In this document: positions 1 through 10,237 of the stretch, piece by piece
Numbering within the stretch: the stretch's first letter is position 1
How the letters are laid out: each line of letters begins with the position of its first letter
The notes under the pieces: model-generated
Told to the model about the DNA's origin: nothing
Database searches by the model: none
Seen by the model: the letters and a program-made list of their open reading frames with translations, nothing else
IMG/VR virus record: IMGVR_UViG_3300042507_001934
Location: 1-54,607 of that record
Source of the DNA: a virus
Taxonomy: Duplodnaviria > Caudoviricetes
Direction: 5' to 3' (one strand)
DNA length: 54,607 nucleotides
Made by a program: the position numbers and the translations under genes

Positions 1-147
1 GGGATTAAAGTCTCTTGAAGTGATGCTGTCAATAATTTCGTCTGGATCAGTTAAGTCTGTGACATGGCAGGTAGTCCAGATTGTATCTTTGTGAGTAGCC
101 AGCAAACGCCTTGTTCCTGCTTCTGTGATGCCGCTGTAGCCTGTTTT
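1..147. repeat. Terminal direct repeat (circular assembly overlap), copy 1
   Basis: Identical to 54461-54607 except position 127 (g) vs 54587 (a). Confidence 0.97.
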
Positions 148-423
148 GTAGCGGTGGGCAGGGATACCATGATACCAGACAGTCACATCACCTTTCATCA
201 CGAAGAATGGATGCGTAGTCAAATGAAGCAAACTTGTCAGAATCGTATCCTTCGGCATATAGATTTCCCGAATATACATACCCGGAGTAAACCTATGCAC
301 CAGCGGACATTCCCGTGGAGGCAGTTTCAGAATCTCCAAGTCCATCAAGTTTAGCTCGTAGTTTGGATCACCATATCCAATTACGCTCTTTGCTTCAATC
401 TTGTCTGGAATCGTTAAATTCAT
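1..423 (-). CDS. Cupin-like protein, 162 aa, spanning the circular junction (423->1 then 54460->54395); absent from the ORF track
   Basis: Hand translation MNLTIPDKIE...HRFTPGMYIREIYMPKDTILTSLLHLTTHPFFVMKGDV...TCHV...RTDLIK*; ATGA overlaps with both neighbours; His pattern of a cupin beta-barrel. Confidence 0.8.
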   Translation of the reverse strand, partial: MNLTIPDKIEAKSVIGYGDPNYELNLMDLEILKLPPRECPLVHRFTPGMYIREIYMPKDTILTSLLHLTTHPFFVMKGDVTVWYHGIPAHRYKTGYSGITEAGTRRLLATHKDTIWTTCHVTDLTDPDEIIDSITSRDFNP

Positions 424-1382
424 CGATAGAGGAAGTAGTCGTTGGGTGTTGGTGACAATATATCAGCACCGATTAGGTTGTCTGCCCGACTATAGTTTGC
501 TATCCGTAATGGAGCGCAAGTTGGGATTTCTAAGCCTTCCATCTCCTTCTCTTGCTCTTGAACAGCAAGAGATAGATTTTGCAAAAACTCTTGCGCCTTG
601 CGATTCTCACGCGAGTTCAATGCAAGAACCGCATAGATCATTGCATCTGGGATGAACTCAACCAATTCTTTTGGATCGGTTAGGTCAAAGTATTTCTTCG
701 ATGCGTAGAGCGTGATACACTCGCAAGTTTTCGGTGCTTTGAATCGGCGGAAGGTTGGATTAGCATCGTTCGGTTGATAGATGGCAATCAGCGTCTTTGC
801 TTCCAATGCAGTATCGTAGGCATACACGCGAATCCTGCCTTTAGTTACTGGCTTGGTTACTGACCGAATTCCTTTAACAAGTAAATCGGATTTAGCAAGC
901 GTTGGAGGATTGGCAGTAGTCACCTTAACCTTGTGGTAGGTGTCATACTGGTCTTGCGCTTCAAACATCAACTCTACGCCGATGTCTTCAGCTTCCTCGG
1001 CCATTACTCCGATTTGGTATGGATGAGTAGTATAATCTCGGAAGAGAACATGGAGTCCTCCGACTTCTACAATTCCTCTATGGCATGAGTTCCCTGCTTG
1101 AAGAGCAAAAGCGTTCGTCGCATTGAACCATTCATCAGCGAGGCTCGCAGAGTTGTCCCCGATCCAAGCAAGTTTGATTTGCTCATATCGGGCTGGAAGG
1201 GTGAAGCAATCGTTCACGCAGCAAATTTGGACATACTCTTCTTGAGTAGTCCATGCCCGTTTATTCCAGAGTAGTCGCCTTGCTTGGTTTACGGCTTTGA
1301 CTCCGCGCTCGTATGAACAAGTGCCAGAGTCTCCGACGAACCCCTTCACAAGCTCTACCATCTCTTCGAGGGTATCAGCCAT
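420..1382 (-). CDS. Probable head-tail adaptor / tail tubular protein A-like
   Basis: 320 aa in the virion operon; N-terminal helical 'VNQARRLL...W' pattern then 'FTLP' as in podoviral adaptors; synteny. Confidence 0.5.
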   Translation of the reverse strand: MADTLEEMVELVKGFVGDSGTCSYERGVKAVNQARRLLWNKRAWTTQEEYVQICCVNDCFTLPARYEQIKLAWIGDNSASLADEWFNATNAFALQAGNSCHRGIVEVGGLHVLFRDYTTHPYQIGVMAEEAEDIGVELMFEAQDQYDTYHKVKVTTANPPTLAKSDLLVKGIRSVTKPVTKGRIRVYAYDTALEAKTLIAIYQPNDANPTFRRFKAPKTCECITLYASKKYFDLTDPKELVEFIPDAMIYAVLALNSRENRKAQEFLQNLSLAVQEQEKEMEGLEIPTCAPLRIANYSRADNLIGADILSPTPNDYFLYR

Positions 1383-1403
1383 AGGGATTATCGTTTCCGA
1401 TAA

Positions 1404-1562
1404 TTATTTCTGGTAGCCTTGCTTGGGAGTGCCAGCAGTCGTGTAGATGCTTGGCTTCTTCTTGCCCAAGTTAGGCATATTGCCCATACCTTCACGGATC
1501 ATACCGCGAGTAGGTGAGCCGCCGCTAACGAGTTTCGGATCAGTTCCTTTTAGTGGTGTCAT
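1404..1562 (-). CDS. Small basic hypothetical protein, 52 aa (not in ORF track)
   Basis: MTPLKGTDPKLVSGGSPTRGMIREGMGNMPNLGKKKPSIYTTAGTPKQGYQK; fills the gap in the operon. Confidence 0.65.
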   Translation of the reverse strand: MTPLKGTDPKLVSGGSPTRGMIREGMGNMPNLGKKKPSIYTTAGTPKQGYQK

Positions 1563-1590
1563 ATGTTTAGTTTTTCTTATGGCTTGTTTA

Positions 1591-2091
1591 TTACGAAGCG
1601 TGAACCGCCATCCAATCCACGTTTGTTATTTGAGAAAGATTGTTTTCTATACGAATAGAAAATCCAGTAGTTGTTTTGCTGCCATCAACCAAAGCAAATA
1701 ATGGTGTAGCAGAAGTTCCAATTGTTGCATTGCAGTTAGGTGTTATAGAGATTCCGTAGGTTGCAGAAGGCAATGCAGCAAACGATACAGTCTGGATAGA
1801 GTCGCCAACAGGGATGCTGCCGATGTTTCCATATCGAGCTTTAACTGCTGGTTCTAATGCGGTAACTCGCGTATCAAGCGCATCAATTTCGTTTTGTTGA
1901 TTAGCAAGCTGTTCGTTGATTTGCGCGATCTGTTGTGGAGTTACATCACCCAACCCCGGAACAAGAATAGTTCCGTTAGTCAGAACCTCATCAATAAATA
2001 CTTGAAAGACATTCTGCCAGTTACCAGTTGGACAAAAATCATCTGGAACATTTGGAAAAGTAATTGCTGGAGATGAATCGGCGTTATCCAT
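1591..2091 (-). CDS. Virion structural protein (short coiled coil plus beta-rich C-terminus)
   Basis: Likely start MDNADSS at 2091; heptad segment QIAQINEQLANQQNEIDALDTRV; fibre-tip-like C-terminus (TTTGFSIRI...VDWMAV). Confidence 0.6.
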   Translation of the reverse strand: MDNADSSPAITFPNVPDDFCPTGNWQNVFQVFIDEVLTNGTILVPGLGDVTPQQIAQINEQLANQQNEIDALDTRVTALEPAVKARYGNIGSIPVGDSIQTVSFAALPSATYGISITPNCNATIGTSATPLFALVDGSKTTTGFSIRIENNLSQITNVDWMAVHAS

Positions 2092-2096
2092 AGCTC

Positions 2097-4103
2097 TTAA
2101 TTTACGATATTGTATTCCCAATATTTCTCTTGGCAACACAAAAATGGTTCACACTCTTGATTTTCTTCGGGGCAATCACCAACCGGAGAGTCGTCGTTGT
2201 TCTTGATGTTTGCCATCAATCTTACTCGGTCAACTGTAGCTGCTCCAGTTAGGTTTACTTTGATCTGGAATTCTGATCCTTCTACCGATGGGATGCCTGC
2301 CAAGTCATTGCACTCACTTGGGTCTGGCGTGTTAAACTTGTAACGTTTGTAGCGATTGCCTCCTCGTTGCGGGAAGCATTCAGTTACTTTAGGTGAACAT
2401 GGATCACACCCATAAGTCGTAGGCACTTTAAGTTCTGACCAGCATGGGTTGGAGTCTGCGCGGAATTCGGCTGAACTATTCACTTCCCCTTTAATCTCGC
2501 TCATCCACATTTCTCCACCAGTAATCTTTTTGCGGAGAAACTTGTTGGTAACTCCGCTTCGGTTGAAGTCATACCTACCAGTTGTGAAGAAGGATTCAAT
2601 CTGCCTACTTCCATTCGGGCCATAATCGTCACCTTGGGATATAGTGAACTCGTAAAGTCGGTTCTTGTTGTCTGCATCAAACGAGAATCCGAATCCACGC
2701 TTCTCACTATTTATCAATGCAGTCAAAAGTTGAGTTGGTCTGATGCCTGTCCAAATGCCATTCCAGCGGAATTGAAGCTGTGCGTCTGGTGCAGGCGAAG
2801 AAGATTGGTCAAGGTCGAGAACTACCATCCCACGATGATACCTATTCAGCCCCTCTACACCTTCTGCGCGGTAGGTCTGTGGCGCAACTGTGCTGATGAG
2901 GTAGTTGTTGAAAAACATTGTAGAAGCAAATTGCTTCAGCCAAGGAGTATCATTCTCCACCCACTTGTTTACTTCCCTCGATAGTTTGCGAAGTGAGAAG
3001 TATCTTGCAAATTCAGATTGGCTATTGGAGTAGAATGCCCAGCCATCGTGTGACCTAAACCAAAGTTCTGAGTTAGCGAGTCCAACATACGGGCTTGTGC
3101 ATCCTCGCCCAAGGAGTGAGATGCGCTGGATGTTAGATGTGTTCCATTGATCTCTTGGAATTGATACATCCATTGAGAACGCTCCGTTGCCAGTTAGGAT
3201 AACAAGTTCACCTTGCCCGCGAAGGTTGGTTCCGATCTGAGGCATGACCTTCATCCCTGTGATATTCCCCATCATAGCAGGAGTCGAGAACGCGCCGCCT
3301 TCTGCCCAGTATCCTATCTCTGTAAAGTTCTCTGTATTCTTGGTATCGGTGAATCCGCCGCCATAGATGATGTCGGATGCGTAGATTTGATTGAATCTAT
3401 CAGCTACGAATACTCGACCGAAAGCATACTCCATGATCGTTCCAATCGGCATTTTTGCCAAGTATGGGTTCAGTCGGTATGCAGGTATCTTGACTGTTCC
3501 GGTTCCGATTCCTTTTTGAGTATCTGTAATGATTGCTGTAAACTTAACTCCAATCGTATTGGATGGCGCACCTATTAAAGTAAAGTTTGTAGTTCCAACT
3601 GAAACAATCTCGCAGTAGTCTCCATCTTGAATCTCGCTTGCTGTCAGAGTTCCCAATACTCCATCCCATGCTATAGCATTTTGGTATCCATTTTGGATAT
3701 ATGCACGATCTTCAGCTTGCACAAACCATGTGTGCATCATACCCGGATCGTTGCCTTCAATCAGCTTGTAGGCAAATGCCCGGTTGTTTACGATCTTTAG
3801 AAAGTAGATAATGCCAGATACCGATAGTAAGATACCATCGCTCGTTCTCAAGTTAGTTGCACGATATGGATACGCGCCTTGGAAATTTCCACCAAGACTA
3901 TCGTTAACGATACTCGCCGATTGCTCTGCCCCTGCAACTATTTGGATATTCCGAATACTTGGTCGAGTTCGGTTAACGCCTCCTCGGAATGTCCTATTTA
4001 CCGATTCCGATACTACAGACTCTGGTAAATACGATGGATGAGTATCAGCGTCTTGAGCGATAATACTTGTGAATCCATCAAAGACTGATCCTTCTGTTGG
4101 CAT
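2097..4103 (-). CDS. Probable tail nozzle / tubular protein B (P22 gp10 / T7 gp12-like)
   Basis: 668 aa, beta-propeller-like (GRVFVA..NQIYASD, ELVILT, ELWFRSHDG); position in the tail module. Confidence 0.6.
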   Translation of the reverse strand: MPTEGSVFDGFTSIIAQDADTHPSYLPESVVSESVNRTFRGGVNRTRPSIRNIQIVAGAEQSASIVNDSLGGNFQGAYPYRATNLRTSDGILLSVSGIIYFLKIVNNRAFAYKLIEGNDPGMMHTWFVQAEDRAYIQNGYQNAIAWDGVLGTLTASEIQDGDYCEIVSVGTTNFTLIGAPSNTIGVKFTAIITDTQKGIGTGTVKIPAYRLNPYLAKMPIGTIMEYAFGRVFVADRFNQIYASDIIYGGGFTDTKNTENFTEIGYWAEGGAFSTPAMMGNITGMKVMPQIGTNLRGQGELVILTGNGAFSMDVSIPRDQWNTSNIQRISLLGRGCTSPYVGLANSELWFRSHDGWAFYSNSQSEFARYFSLRKLSREVNKWVENDTPWLKQFASTMFFNNYLISTVAPQTYRAEGVEGLNRYHRGMVVLDLDQSSSPAPDAQLQFRWNGIWTGIRPTQLLTALINSEKRGFGFSFDADNKNRLYEFTISQGDDYGPNGSRQIESFFTTGRYDFNRSGVTNKFLRKKITGGEMWMSEIKGEVNSSAEFRADSNPCWSELKVPTTYGCDPCSPKVTECFPQRGGNRYKRYKFNTPDPSECNDLAGIPSVEGSEFQIKVNLTGAATVDRVRLMANIKNNDDSPVGDCPEENQECEPFLCCQEKYWEYNIVN

Positions 4104-4987
4104 TATGCGTTGACACTTTTAACTACAATGAATCGCAGAGTAAGAGGTTCGGATAATGATCCTGCGGTGATATTTCGGATTACGATATTGGCATTGCCTG
4201 CCGCTGGAGCCGCCGCAAAGTTGTATGAACCAAGTGTTCCTCCAGATATATGACTAACCAATACAATATCTGTAGCCTCGATAACCGAATTGCTCAAGTT
4301 GAAAGTAACGGCAGTATTGGCAGCAAGAGCGGAACTATCGGTAACGATAATTCCAGTAGGACGATTGAGCGTAACAGAATTTGTCTTTGCGCCTGCACCT
4401 TGAGTTACCGACCCGCCAGCACCTGTATCATATCCAATCTTGGATGAGTTGCCATTAGCAAGAATTGTGCTGTTTGTTGTGAGTGGGCCAGTCATTGCGT
4501 CTCCAGCCTTGTTGAGCTTGAGAGCGTCAGCGGTATCTACATACTGCTTGGTTGTCGCTTGAAGATTTGTAGTTGGATTTGCTGCTAAAGATACACTTGC
4601 TGCTGAAACTACTCCAGTAGCATTTACGCTTGCTGCGGTAATTGTTCCAGTAGTAGTAACACTTGCTGCATTAATCGCCCCAGTAGTAGTCAATGGTTGG
4701 CTACCAAGATCAACTGGTGCAGATTGGAGAAGACTATTCAGAGTAATAAACTCTACACTTCCAGTAGAGGTTTTGCGAAGGACAGTATTATTCGCTCCAT
4801 TAGTCCACGATATTGTCCCGTTTGTGTTAGACACAAGAACTTGACCAGATGGTGGAGTCTGAAGAGTCCTATCACAAGCGGAAGAATCTTCTACAACCAA
4901 CCTTTTAGCGATTGCTGTAAGCTCGCGGGGTTCGCAAAACAATGGATATTCCAAGTCGCATGGAGGTGCTGGAGTGCAAGGAGTCAT
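4103..4987 (-). CDS. Tail fibre-like protein
   Basis: Likely start MTPCTPAPPC; T/S/G/A-rich; ATTKQYVD and GDAMTGPL fibre motifs. Confidence 0.65.
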   Translation of the reverse strand: MTPCTPAPPCDLEYPLFCEPRELTAIAKRLVVEDSSACDRTLQTPPSGQVLVSNTNGTISWTNGANNTVLRKTSTGSVEFITLNSLLQSAPVDLGSQPLTTTGAINAASVTTTGTITAASVNATGVVSAASVSLAANPTTNLQATTKQYVDTADALKLNKAGDAMTGPLTTNSTILANGNSSKIGYDTGAGGSVTQGAGAKTNSVTLNRPTGIIVTDSSALAANTAVTFNLSNSVIEATDIVLVSHISGGTLGSYNFAAAPAAGNANIVIRNITAGSLSEPLTLRFIVVKSVNA

Positions 4988-5018
4988 AATATTTAGTTCA
5001 GAATATCGTGCTAAGTTG

Positions 5019-5273
5019 TTATGCGTTGTAATAAGGAATTTTTCTACTTGATCCATTTATGGAAATAGAAATATACCCAAGCGGAGTTGCAGGCAATGCA
5101 GAGGCTCCTCCAGCAGAACCAACAGTTGTTGCTGTTGTTCCAGATGAGATTACAATATTACCAGAAGTAATAGTTCCAGTTGTGGTTAAATTTTGATTTC
5201 CAAAATTATTCGCACTCGTCAGCGAAGTCGCATCGTTAAAAGTAATACCTGCGGAGTCGATTGTTGTTGGCAT
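5019..5273 (-). CDS. Small fibre-associated protein
   Basis: 84 aa, T/S/G-rich, C-terminal GYISISING..RKIPYY. Confidence 0.65.
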   Translation of the reverse strand: MPTTIDSAGITFNDATSLTSANNFGNQNLTTTGTITSGNIVISSGTTATTVGSAGGASALPATPLGYISISINGSSRKIPYYNA

Positions 5274-5274
5274 A

Positions 5275-5508
5275 TTATGAAACCCTTATTTGAACTACAG
5301 AATTATTGCGATAAAATTGACCAACTGCAACCCCTCCAGCAGCGGCAGCAACATCATTAGCATACGATGTGCTTCCAGAAAGTGTTGTTGAAATTATTCT
5401 TGGAAAAATAACTGAATTAGTAGTCAACGTAGCAGCAGTTGAACCATTGACTTTGATATACCCTTGCGCGAGGGAACTGTCGTTTTCGAGTGTGAGTGAT
5501 GTTGCCAT
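5275..5508 (-). CDS. Small fibre-associated protein
   Basis: 77 aa ending YANDVAAAAGGVAVGQFYR; tightly packed in the operon. Confidence 0.65.
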   Translation of the reverse strand: MATSLTLENDSSLAQGYIKVNGSTAATLTTNSVIFPRIISTTLSGSTSYANDVAAAAGGVAVGQFYRNNSVVQIRVS

Positions 5509-6107
5509 TATTCGTAAGAGATGTTAATTGTTCCAGCGTCAAATGTGTCTGTGCCGTTAGATGTGGTAATTCTTATTCTATCTAATGAACCAGATAATGA
5601 AGGTGAAGTTCCAGCGGATTGGAATCCATTGCTTGTGCTGCTATTATAGCCAAATATACCAGATTCTATCCAAGTATTTGAATTAAACAAACACAATTGA
5701 ACAATTCCATTTTGCAAAACGCTACCCGGAACTTGAAATATAACAAATCCATTTGTAATAACTCCAGTTCCAGAGGTTGCCCATGCTTGCGATGAATATC
5801 CTGTATTAACGATTGAACCAGAACCAATTTGAATTAAACAATTACTTGATCCACTTGTGCTTATTCCGCTAAACATCACAGTAATCCGATTTACCCATGA
5901 TGGAATGCTTGTAAAGTCAACAGAAGTTCCAGATGCAGTTTGTGCCGTTGCAAGAGTAATAGAACCACCAGAGGTTGAACTTAGGTAATCCGTTCCTGCT
6001 ACAGCTTGCGATATAACTCCAGATGTTGCTTTAAGTATACCTGTAATTGCTCCGATTGTTGCTCCCGGCGTTACTACACCAGTTGTTCCGTTTAATGTGA
6101 TTGGCAT
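5508..6107 (-). CDS. Tail fibre-like beta-sandwich protein
   Basis: 199 aa; SGTSVDFTSIPSWVNRITV...LDRIRITTSNGTDTFDAGTINISYE, a pattern common in aquatic phage fibres. Confidence 0.7.
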   Translation of the reverse strand: MPITLNGTTGVVTPGATIGAITGILKATSGVISQAVAGTDYLSSTSGGSITLATAQTASGTSVDFTSIPSWVNRITVMFSGISTSGSSNCLIQIGSGSIVNTGYSSQAWATSGTGVITNGFVIFQVPGSVLQNGIVQLCLFNSNTWIESGIFGYNSSTSNGFQSAGTSPSLSGSLDRIRITTSNGTDTFDAGTINISYE

Positions 6108-6119
6108 AATTTTTCTCCT

Positions 6120-6749
6120 TTATACTACTGTCCAAACTGATCCACTTGGGATTGTGACTACTACTCCTGCATCGATTGTGATTGGCCCAGCAGTCATTGC
6201 GTTTTTAGTTGATGGAATTGAATAACTGGCAGTCACCGATTGGTCATTCAAGAAAAATACTTCATTTGTTCCCGATCCTCCAATAGCTCCAATTCCCGAC
6301 GCTCCTGTTGCTCCAGTTGCTCCTGATCCCGGCCCTGTTGCGCCTTGAATTCCCGTAGCTCCAGTTGGGCCAGTCGCTCCCGCTCCGGGGCCAGTTGCCC
6401 CAGTTTTACCATTCAATGATACAATGACAATCTCATCTCCAGATGGCACTGGAACATTCATTGTGATTGTATATGGATATCCTTGGTTAATTGTATAATC
6501 CAATGGGTCTTGGACTACTCCATCAATCGTTACAAGGAATGATGCGGTATTCGTTGTTGCGGCTCCATCAATATTGAAGGTAGTTTCGGTTCCATCACCA
6601 ATATATCCCCATCGAATTCCTCCACCAGTCTCTGAAGCAGTTATTGCTATGCGAGCATAGTAAGCTGCACGATCTGCAATAGAGTTTAATGCCGCCTCAC
6701 TTGGGCCGCACGGATTGCATTTAGAACTTCTGGAATTTCCACAACTCAT
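6120..6749 (-). CDS. Short collagen-like virion protein
   Basis: GATG repeats; GDGTETTF...IDGVVQDP.DY Ig-like module; C-terminus shared with 6809..9121. Confidence 0.75.
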   Translation of the reverse strand: MSCGNSRSSKCNPCGPSEAALNSIADRAAYYARIAITASETGGGIRWGYIGDGTETTFNIDGAATTNTASFLVTIDGVVQDPLDYTINQGYPYTITMNVPVPSGDEIVIVSLNGKTGATGPGAGATGPTGATGIQGATGPGSGATGATGASGIGAIGGSGTNEVFFLNDQSVTASYSIPSTKNAMTAGPITIDAGVVVTIPSGSVWTVV

Positions 6750-6808
6750 AGTTGATTATCGTTTACGATAGTGTTGATTGTTTTCATTGCAAGTATTATT
6801 TTCAAGAA

Positions 6809-9121
6809 TTACACCACTGTCCAAACTCCACCACTTGGAACTGTGACAACAACTCCAGATGCAATTGTTATAGGGCCAAAACTACCAGCGTTTTGTGATG
6901 CTGGAATTGTGTAAGATGTATTTACTGTTTGTCCATTCAAAAAGAAAATTGCATCAGTTCCTGCTCCAGTAGCCCCGCCTCCACCGATTCCTGTTGCCCC
7001 CGTAAGTCCTGTTGCTCCAGTCGCCCCTATACCAGTAGCCCCTTGGATGCCTTGAGGGCCAGTGCTGCCAGTTGAGCCTTGAATTCCTTGAATGCCTTGA
7101 ACGCCCTGCAAGCCTGTTGAACCTGTCAAACCTTGGATACCTTGAATTCCTGTCGCACCTGTGCTCCCTTGGATGCCTTGTATACCTTGGATACCAGTTG
7201 ATCCCGTAGCACCTTGGATGCCTTGTATGCCAGTAGCTCCAGTGCTTCCTTGAATACCTTGAATTCCTTGTATACCTGTAGCTCCGGTAGAACCTGTTAA
7301 ACCTTGAATTCCAGTTGAACCTGTTGATCCTTGGATACCTTGAACGCCCGTTGCACCTGTGCTTCCTTGAACTCCAGTTGCCCCAGTAAGACCAGAAGTA
7401 ACAATTGCAAAAATAAGTTGTTGGTTGTTTGCGAATTGAGATGTTCCACCAGATGTAACAAGTGATACTGGAATTGAGATATAACTATTAAGAACAACAG
7501 TTGGAGTAGCGGTAATTATCCAAGTCTGGAAATTGCTTGAGTTTCCTTGATCTTGAATGATGAAGGTGTCTCCAGTTTTGAAAAGCGGAAAGAAAACATC
7601 AATGTCATTTCCAAGAGCATCAATGTGAGAAAGTGTTACAATCGTAGATGCTGTTTGCGTTGCGTTATTCCAATACAATGTTTGAACTGTAGGAACTCCA
7701 GACAATGTAACTGCATCAGCTTTGTAATTGTAAAAAGATGAAGATTGTCCAGCAGCACCAGTTGCGCCAGTTAAACCAGTTGCACCTGTAGCTCCTAATC
7801 CCGTAGCTCCAGCAAGACCAGTTGCTCCAACATTTCCTGTAACACCTGTGGCTCCTGTAGTTCCAGTTGCACCTTGACCTCCTGTAACGCCCGTTGAGCC
7901 CGTTGAACCATCTAATCCAGCAACGCCTGTAGCTCCTGCTACACCTTGAATACCTTGAAGTCCCGTAGCACCCGTTGATCCTTGTCCACCTGTAAGTCCA
8001 GTAGAACCAGTTGCTCCAACATTGCCTTGGATACCTTGAATTCCTTGGACTCCTTGAGGGCCAGTAGCTCCAATTAATCCCTGTAATCCTGTTGATCCAA
8101 TTGTGCCGATACCTGTTGCCCCAGTGCTGCCTTGCAGTCCAGTTGCGCCATTAAGCATGGCAGTTGTTTGGATTGTTCCATCTCCAAATTTAACGCCAGT
8201 AGAATCAACGGACAATGCAACTGTTGCGTCAGGAGTTACGCCAACACCGACTCGTCCAGTATTAGAAACCACAAATGCCGTGGCATCAGGAGTTGTGTCA
8301 TCCTCAACTCGCAATGCCTCCCCTGTTCCTCGTTGTGTAACTCGCAATGCTGGAACTGTGCTTAAAGGTGAAGTTTGAATTGTTTGATTTGCACTAAAAG
8401 AATTTGCAAGATTAGATGCAGCAGCAGAGATTGTTGTTGATGCTGTCCTCCATTTAAGCAAGTTGTCGGCAGTTGAAATCCAAGTATCTCCGGTTACAGG
8501 AGATATTGGGTTTACTCCGTTTCCGATATTCAATCCAGCTTCTGTTGTTGTTGACGCTGGTAAATTTAGTTTTCCAGTCATCGTATCACCAGACTTCAAC
8601 ACATACGCTGAAAGGTCTGCCGTTGGCCCAGTAGCACCTGTGGCTCCAATTCCACTTGCTCCCATTGGGCCAGTTAAACCTGTGGCTCCGCGAGGGCCAA
8701 CCATTCCGGTTGCTCCAGACGAACCTATAAATCCTTGTTGACCAGTTGCTCCTGTTGCACCAGAAGCCCCAATTCCTGTTGAGCCTTGTAAACCTGTAGC
8801 ACCTTGTTGACCTTGAATCCCCGTGCTTCCAGTGGCTCCGCGCAAACCTGTAGCTCCAGTAGTGCCGTTAATTCCAGAGATGCCTGTAGCACCCGTTGCC
8901 CCTTCGCCTGTAGCTCCCGTTGCCCCTGTCGGCCCTCCCGATGGGCCAGTCGATCCAGTTAATCCCGTTGCACCTGTAGCTCCAACTCCAGTAGCTCCTG
9001 TAGCTCCGCTCGCTCCAATGGATTGCTGTGCAAGACAAGCAGATTGAGCCGCGCTGATGGCACTCTCTTTTGCTGACCTTGCATAAGATGCAACTATAAT
9101 AGTTTCATTACAATTTCCCAT
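6809..9121 (-). CDS. Collagen-like (G-X-T/G-X-Q) tail fibre
   Basis: 770 aa with three long Gly-X-Y tracts separated by globular domains. Confidence 0.85.
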   Translation of the reverse strand: MGNCNETIIVASYARSAKESAISAAQSACLAQQSIGASGATGATGVGATGATGLTGSTGPSGGPTGATGATGEGATGATGISGINGTTGATGLRGATGSTGIQGQQGATGLQGSTGIGASGATGATGQQGFIGSSGATGMVGPRGATGLTGPMGASGIGATGATGPTADLSAYVLKSGDTMTGKLNLPASTTTEAGLNIGNGVNPISPVTGDTWISTADNLLKWRTASTTISAAASNLANSFSANQTIQTSPLSTVPALRVTQRGTGEALRVEDDTTPDATAFVVSNTGRVGVGVTPDATVALSVDSTGVKFGDGTIQTTAMLNGATGLQGSTGATGIGTIGSTGLQGLIGATGPQGVQGIQGIQGNVGATGSTGLTGGQGSTGATGLQGIQGVAGATGVAGLDGSTGSTGVTGGQGATGTTGATGVTGNVGATGLAGATGLGATGATGLTGATGAAGQSSSFYNYKADAVTLSGVPTVQTLYWNNATQTASTIVTLSHIDALGNDIDVFFPLFKTGDTFIIQDQGNSSNFQTWIITATPTVVLNSYISIPVSLVTSGGTSQFANNQQLIFAIVTSGLTGATGVQGSTGATGVQGIQGSTGSTGIQGLTGSTGATGIQGIQGIQGSTGATGIQGIQGATGSTGIQGIQGIQGSTGATGIQGIQGLTGSTGLQGVQGIQGIQGSTGSTGPQGIQGATGIGATGATGLTGATGIGGGGATGAGTDAIFFLNGQTVNTSYTIPASQNAGSFGPITIASGVVVTVPSGGVWTVV

Positions 9122-9155
9122 ATGGATTATCGTTTACGATAAATTAATTTTTGAT

Positions 9156-9701
9156 TCAAGATGTTTGTTCCACTAAAAGATAGGGAATTGTTTTTTGGTT
9201 GTATCTATTCATTTCCGAATAGACGAGGTTGATGAATCCATCCCATTGCGCTGGGTAGATTGTTTGGCATCCTTCGCTTGAGGTAGATTTGTAACTGCCC
9301 TTATGAATGTTGATAGCGATGCCCATATCGTCTCCAGTGCCGTCTCTCGTAACAGGCAACTCCTCTTTGGCGTTAGCAGGTCGCAACGCTGGATAGCCGC
9401 CTCCGGGTTTACTAATGCCATGATTCCCTTTACGATACCTATGAACGCCCGTTTTGAGAACCGCAATACCTTTTTTGTAAATTGAAGGATCAGTGTTGGC
9501 ATTGAAAGTAGCATGAACAGAATGAGATAGTAGTATAATCGCATCATCGTAAATACCCCTATCGTTCTTTCCTTTGACCCCCATTGAGTCTGCATAATAT
9601 CCGCGAATTCCGACCAGCGCGACACGATCCTCGATCCCCGCTTTGATAACCATTGCGAGGGTCTTCTCCTTTGCCTGTTGTGGTCTGGAGTTAGGAACCA
9701 T
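9156..9701 (-). CDS. Probable endolysin, L,D-transpeptidase-like (YkuD fold)
   Basis: INIHKG...SSEGCQT matches the HxG...SxGC catalytic motif; adjacent to membrane proteins. Confidence 0.65.
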   Translation of the reverse strand: MVPNSRPQQAKEKTLAMVIKAGIEDRVALVGIRGYYADSMGVKGKNDRGIYDDAIILLSHSVHATFNANTDPSIYKKGIAVLKTGVHRYRKGNHGISKPGGGYPALRPANAKEELPVTRDGTGDDMGIAINIHKGSYKSTSSEGCQTIYPAQWDGFINLVYSEMNRYNQKTIPYLLVEQTS

Positions 9702-9871
9702 TAGCCTTTACGGATTACATTGATGAGTCCAACAAGGCCGAGTCCTGCAACAAGGATTGCCTCTTGGAGTTCTGGTTCGATCTTAACTCCGACTGCCGTA
9801 GCAATCAGAATCAATCCGCGCCATGTGCTATTCTCTGATAGCCGTTGAAGTAGTATATTTACGATTTTCAT
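9701..9871 (-). CDS. Holin-like membrane protein
   Basis: MKIVNILLQRLSENSTWRGLILIATAVGV...ILVAGLGLVGLINVIRKG; two hydrophobic helices. Confidence 0.7.
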   Translation of the reverse strand: MKIVNILLQRLSENSTWRGLILIATAVGVKIEPELQEAILVAGLGLVGLINVIRKG

Positions 9872-10026
9872 TTCTTTGTTCCTTTTGGTTCGGGTAGTTC
9901 GTATGTCAGCCTCCCGTAGTCTGTCTGTAGGGAAATTCCAAGTGTTGTGCAACCAGTCAAGAATGCCATCGCAAGAAAAGCGAATGATATGATAATCAAT
10001 CCAAGCGCTATATGACCGGGTTTCAT
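9868..10026 (-). CDS. Small lipoprotein, possibly spanin-like, 52 aa (not in ORF track)
   Basis: MKPGHIALGLIIISFAFLAMAFLTG-CTTLG...: signal peptide with lipobox LTGC; ATGA overlaps on both sides. Confidence 0.7.
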   Translation of the reverse strand: MKPGHIALGLIIISFAFLAMAFLTGCTTLGISLQTDYGRLTYELPEPKGTKK

Positions 10027-10202
10027 TTTGATTTGTTCCAATTTTTAATGATTACGGCAAGTGATCCAATACCAACTGTAATACCAACAAGAAGCGATGC
10101 GATCCGCAACCATGCTTCAATCTCTGGCAATAGAGATATGCCAATGGATGTTGCCGTAGCAAGAACTCCCGCCATTCCTGCGTTAAGTGAGTGAGTGTCC
10201 AT
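10023..10202 (-). CDS. Two-helix membrane protein, holin-like, 59 aa (not in ORF track)
   Basis: MDTHSLNAGMAGVLATATSIGISLLPEIEAWLRIASLLVGITVGIGSLAVIIKNWNKSK. Confidence 0.7.
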   Translation of the reverse strand: MDTHSLNAGMAGVLATATSIGISLLPEIEAWLRIASLLVGITVGIGSLAVIIKNWNKSK

Positions 10203-10237
10203 TATTCTTGTTTTTTAGTATTATTTAATTATAAATT

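Noticed and set aside
1-147. Terminal repeat as a biological direct terminal repeat
   Set aside because: It falls mid-gene and is best explained as assembler overlap of a circular contig.
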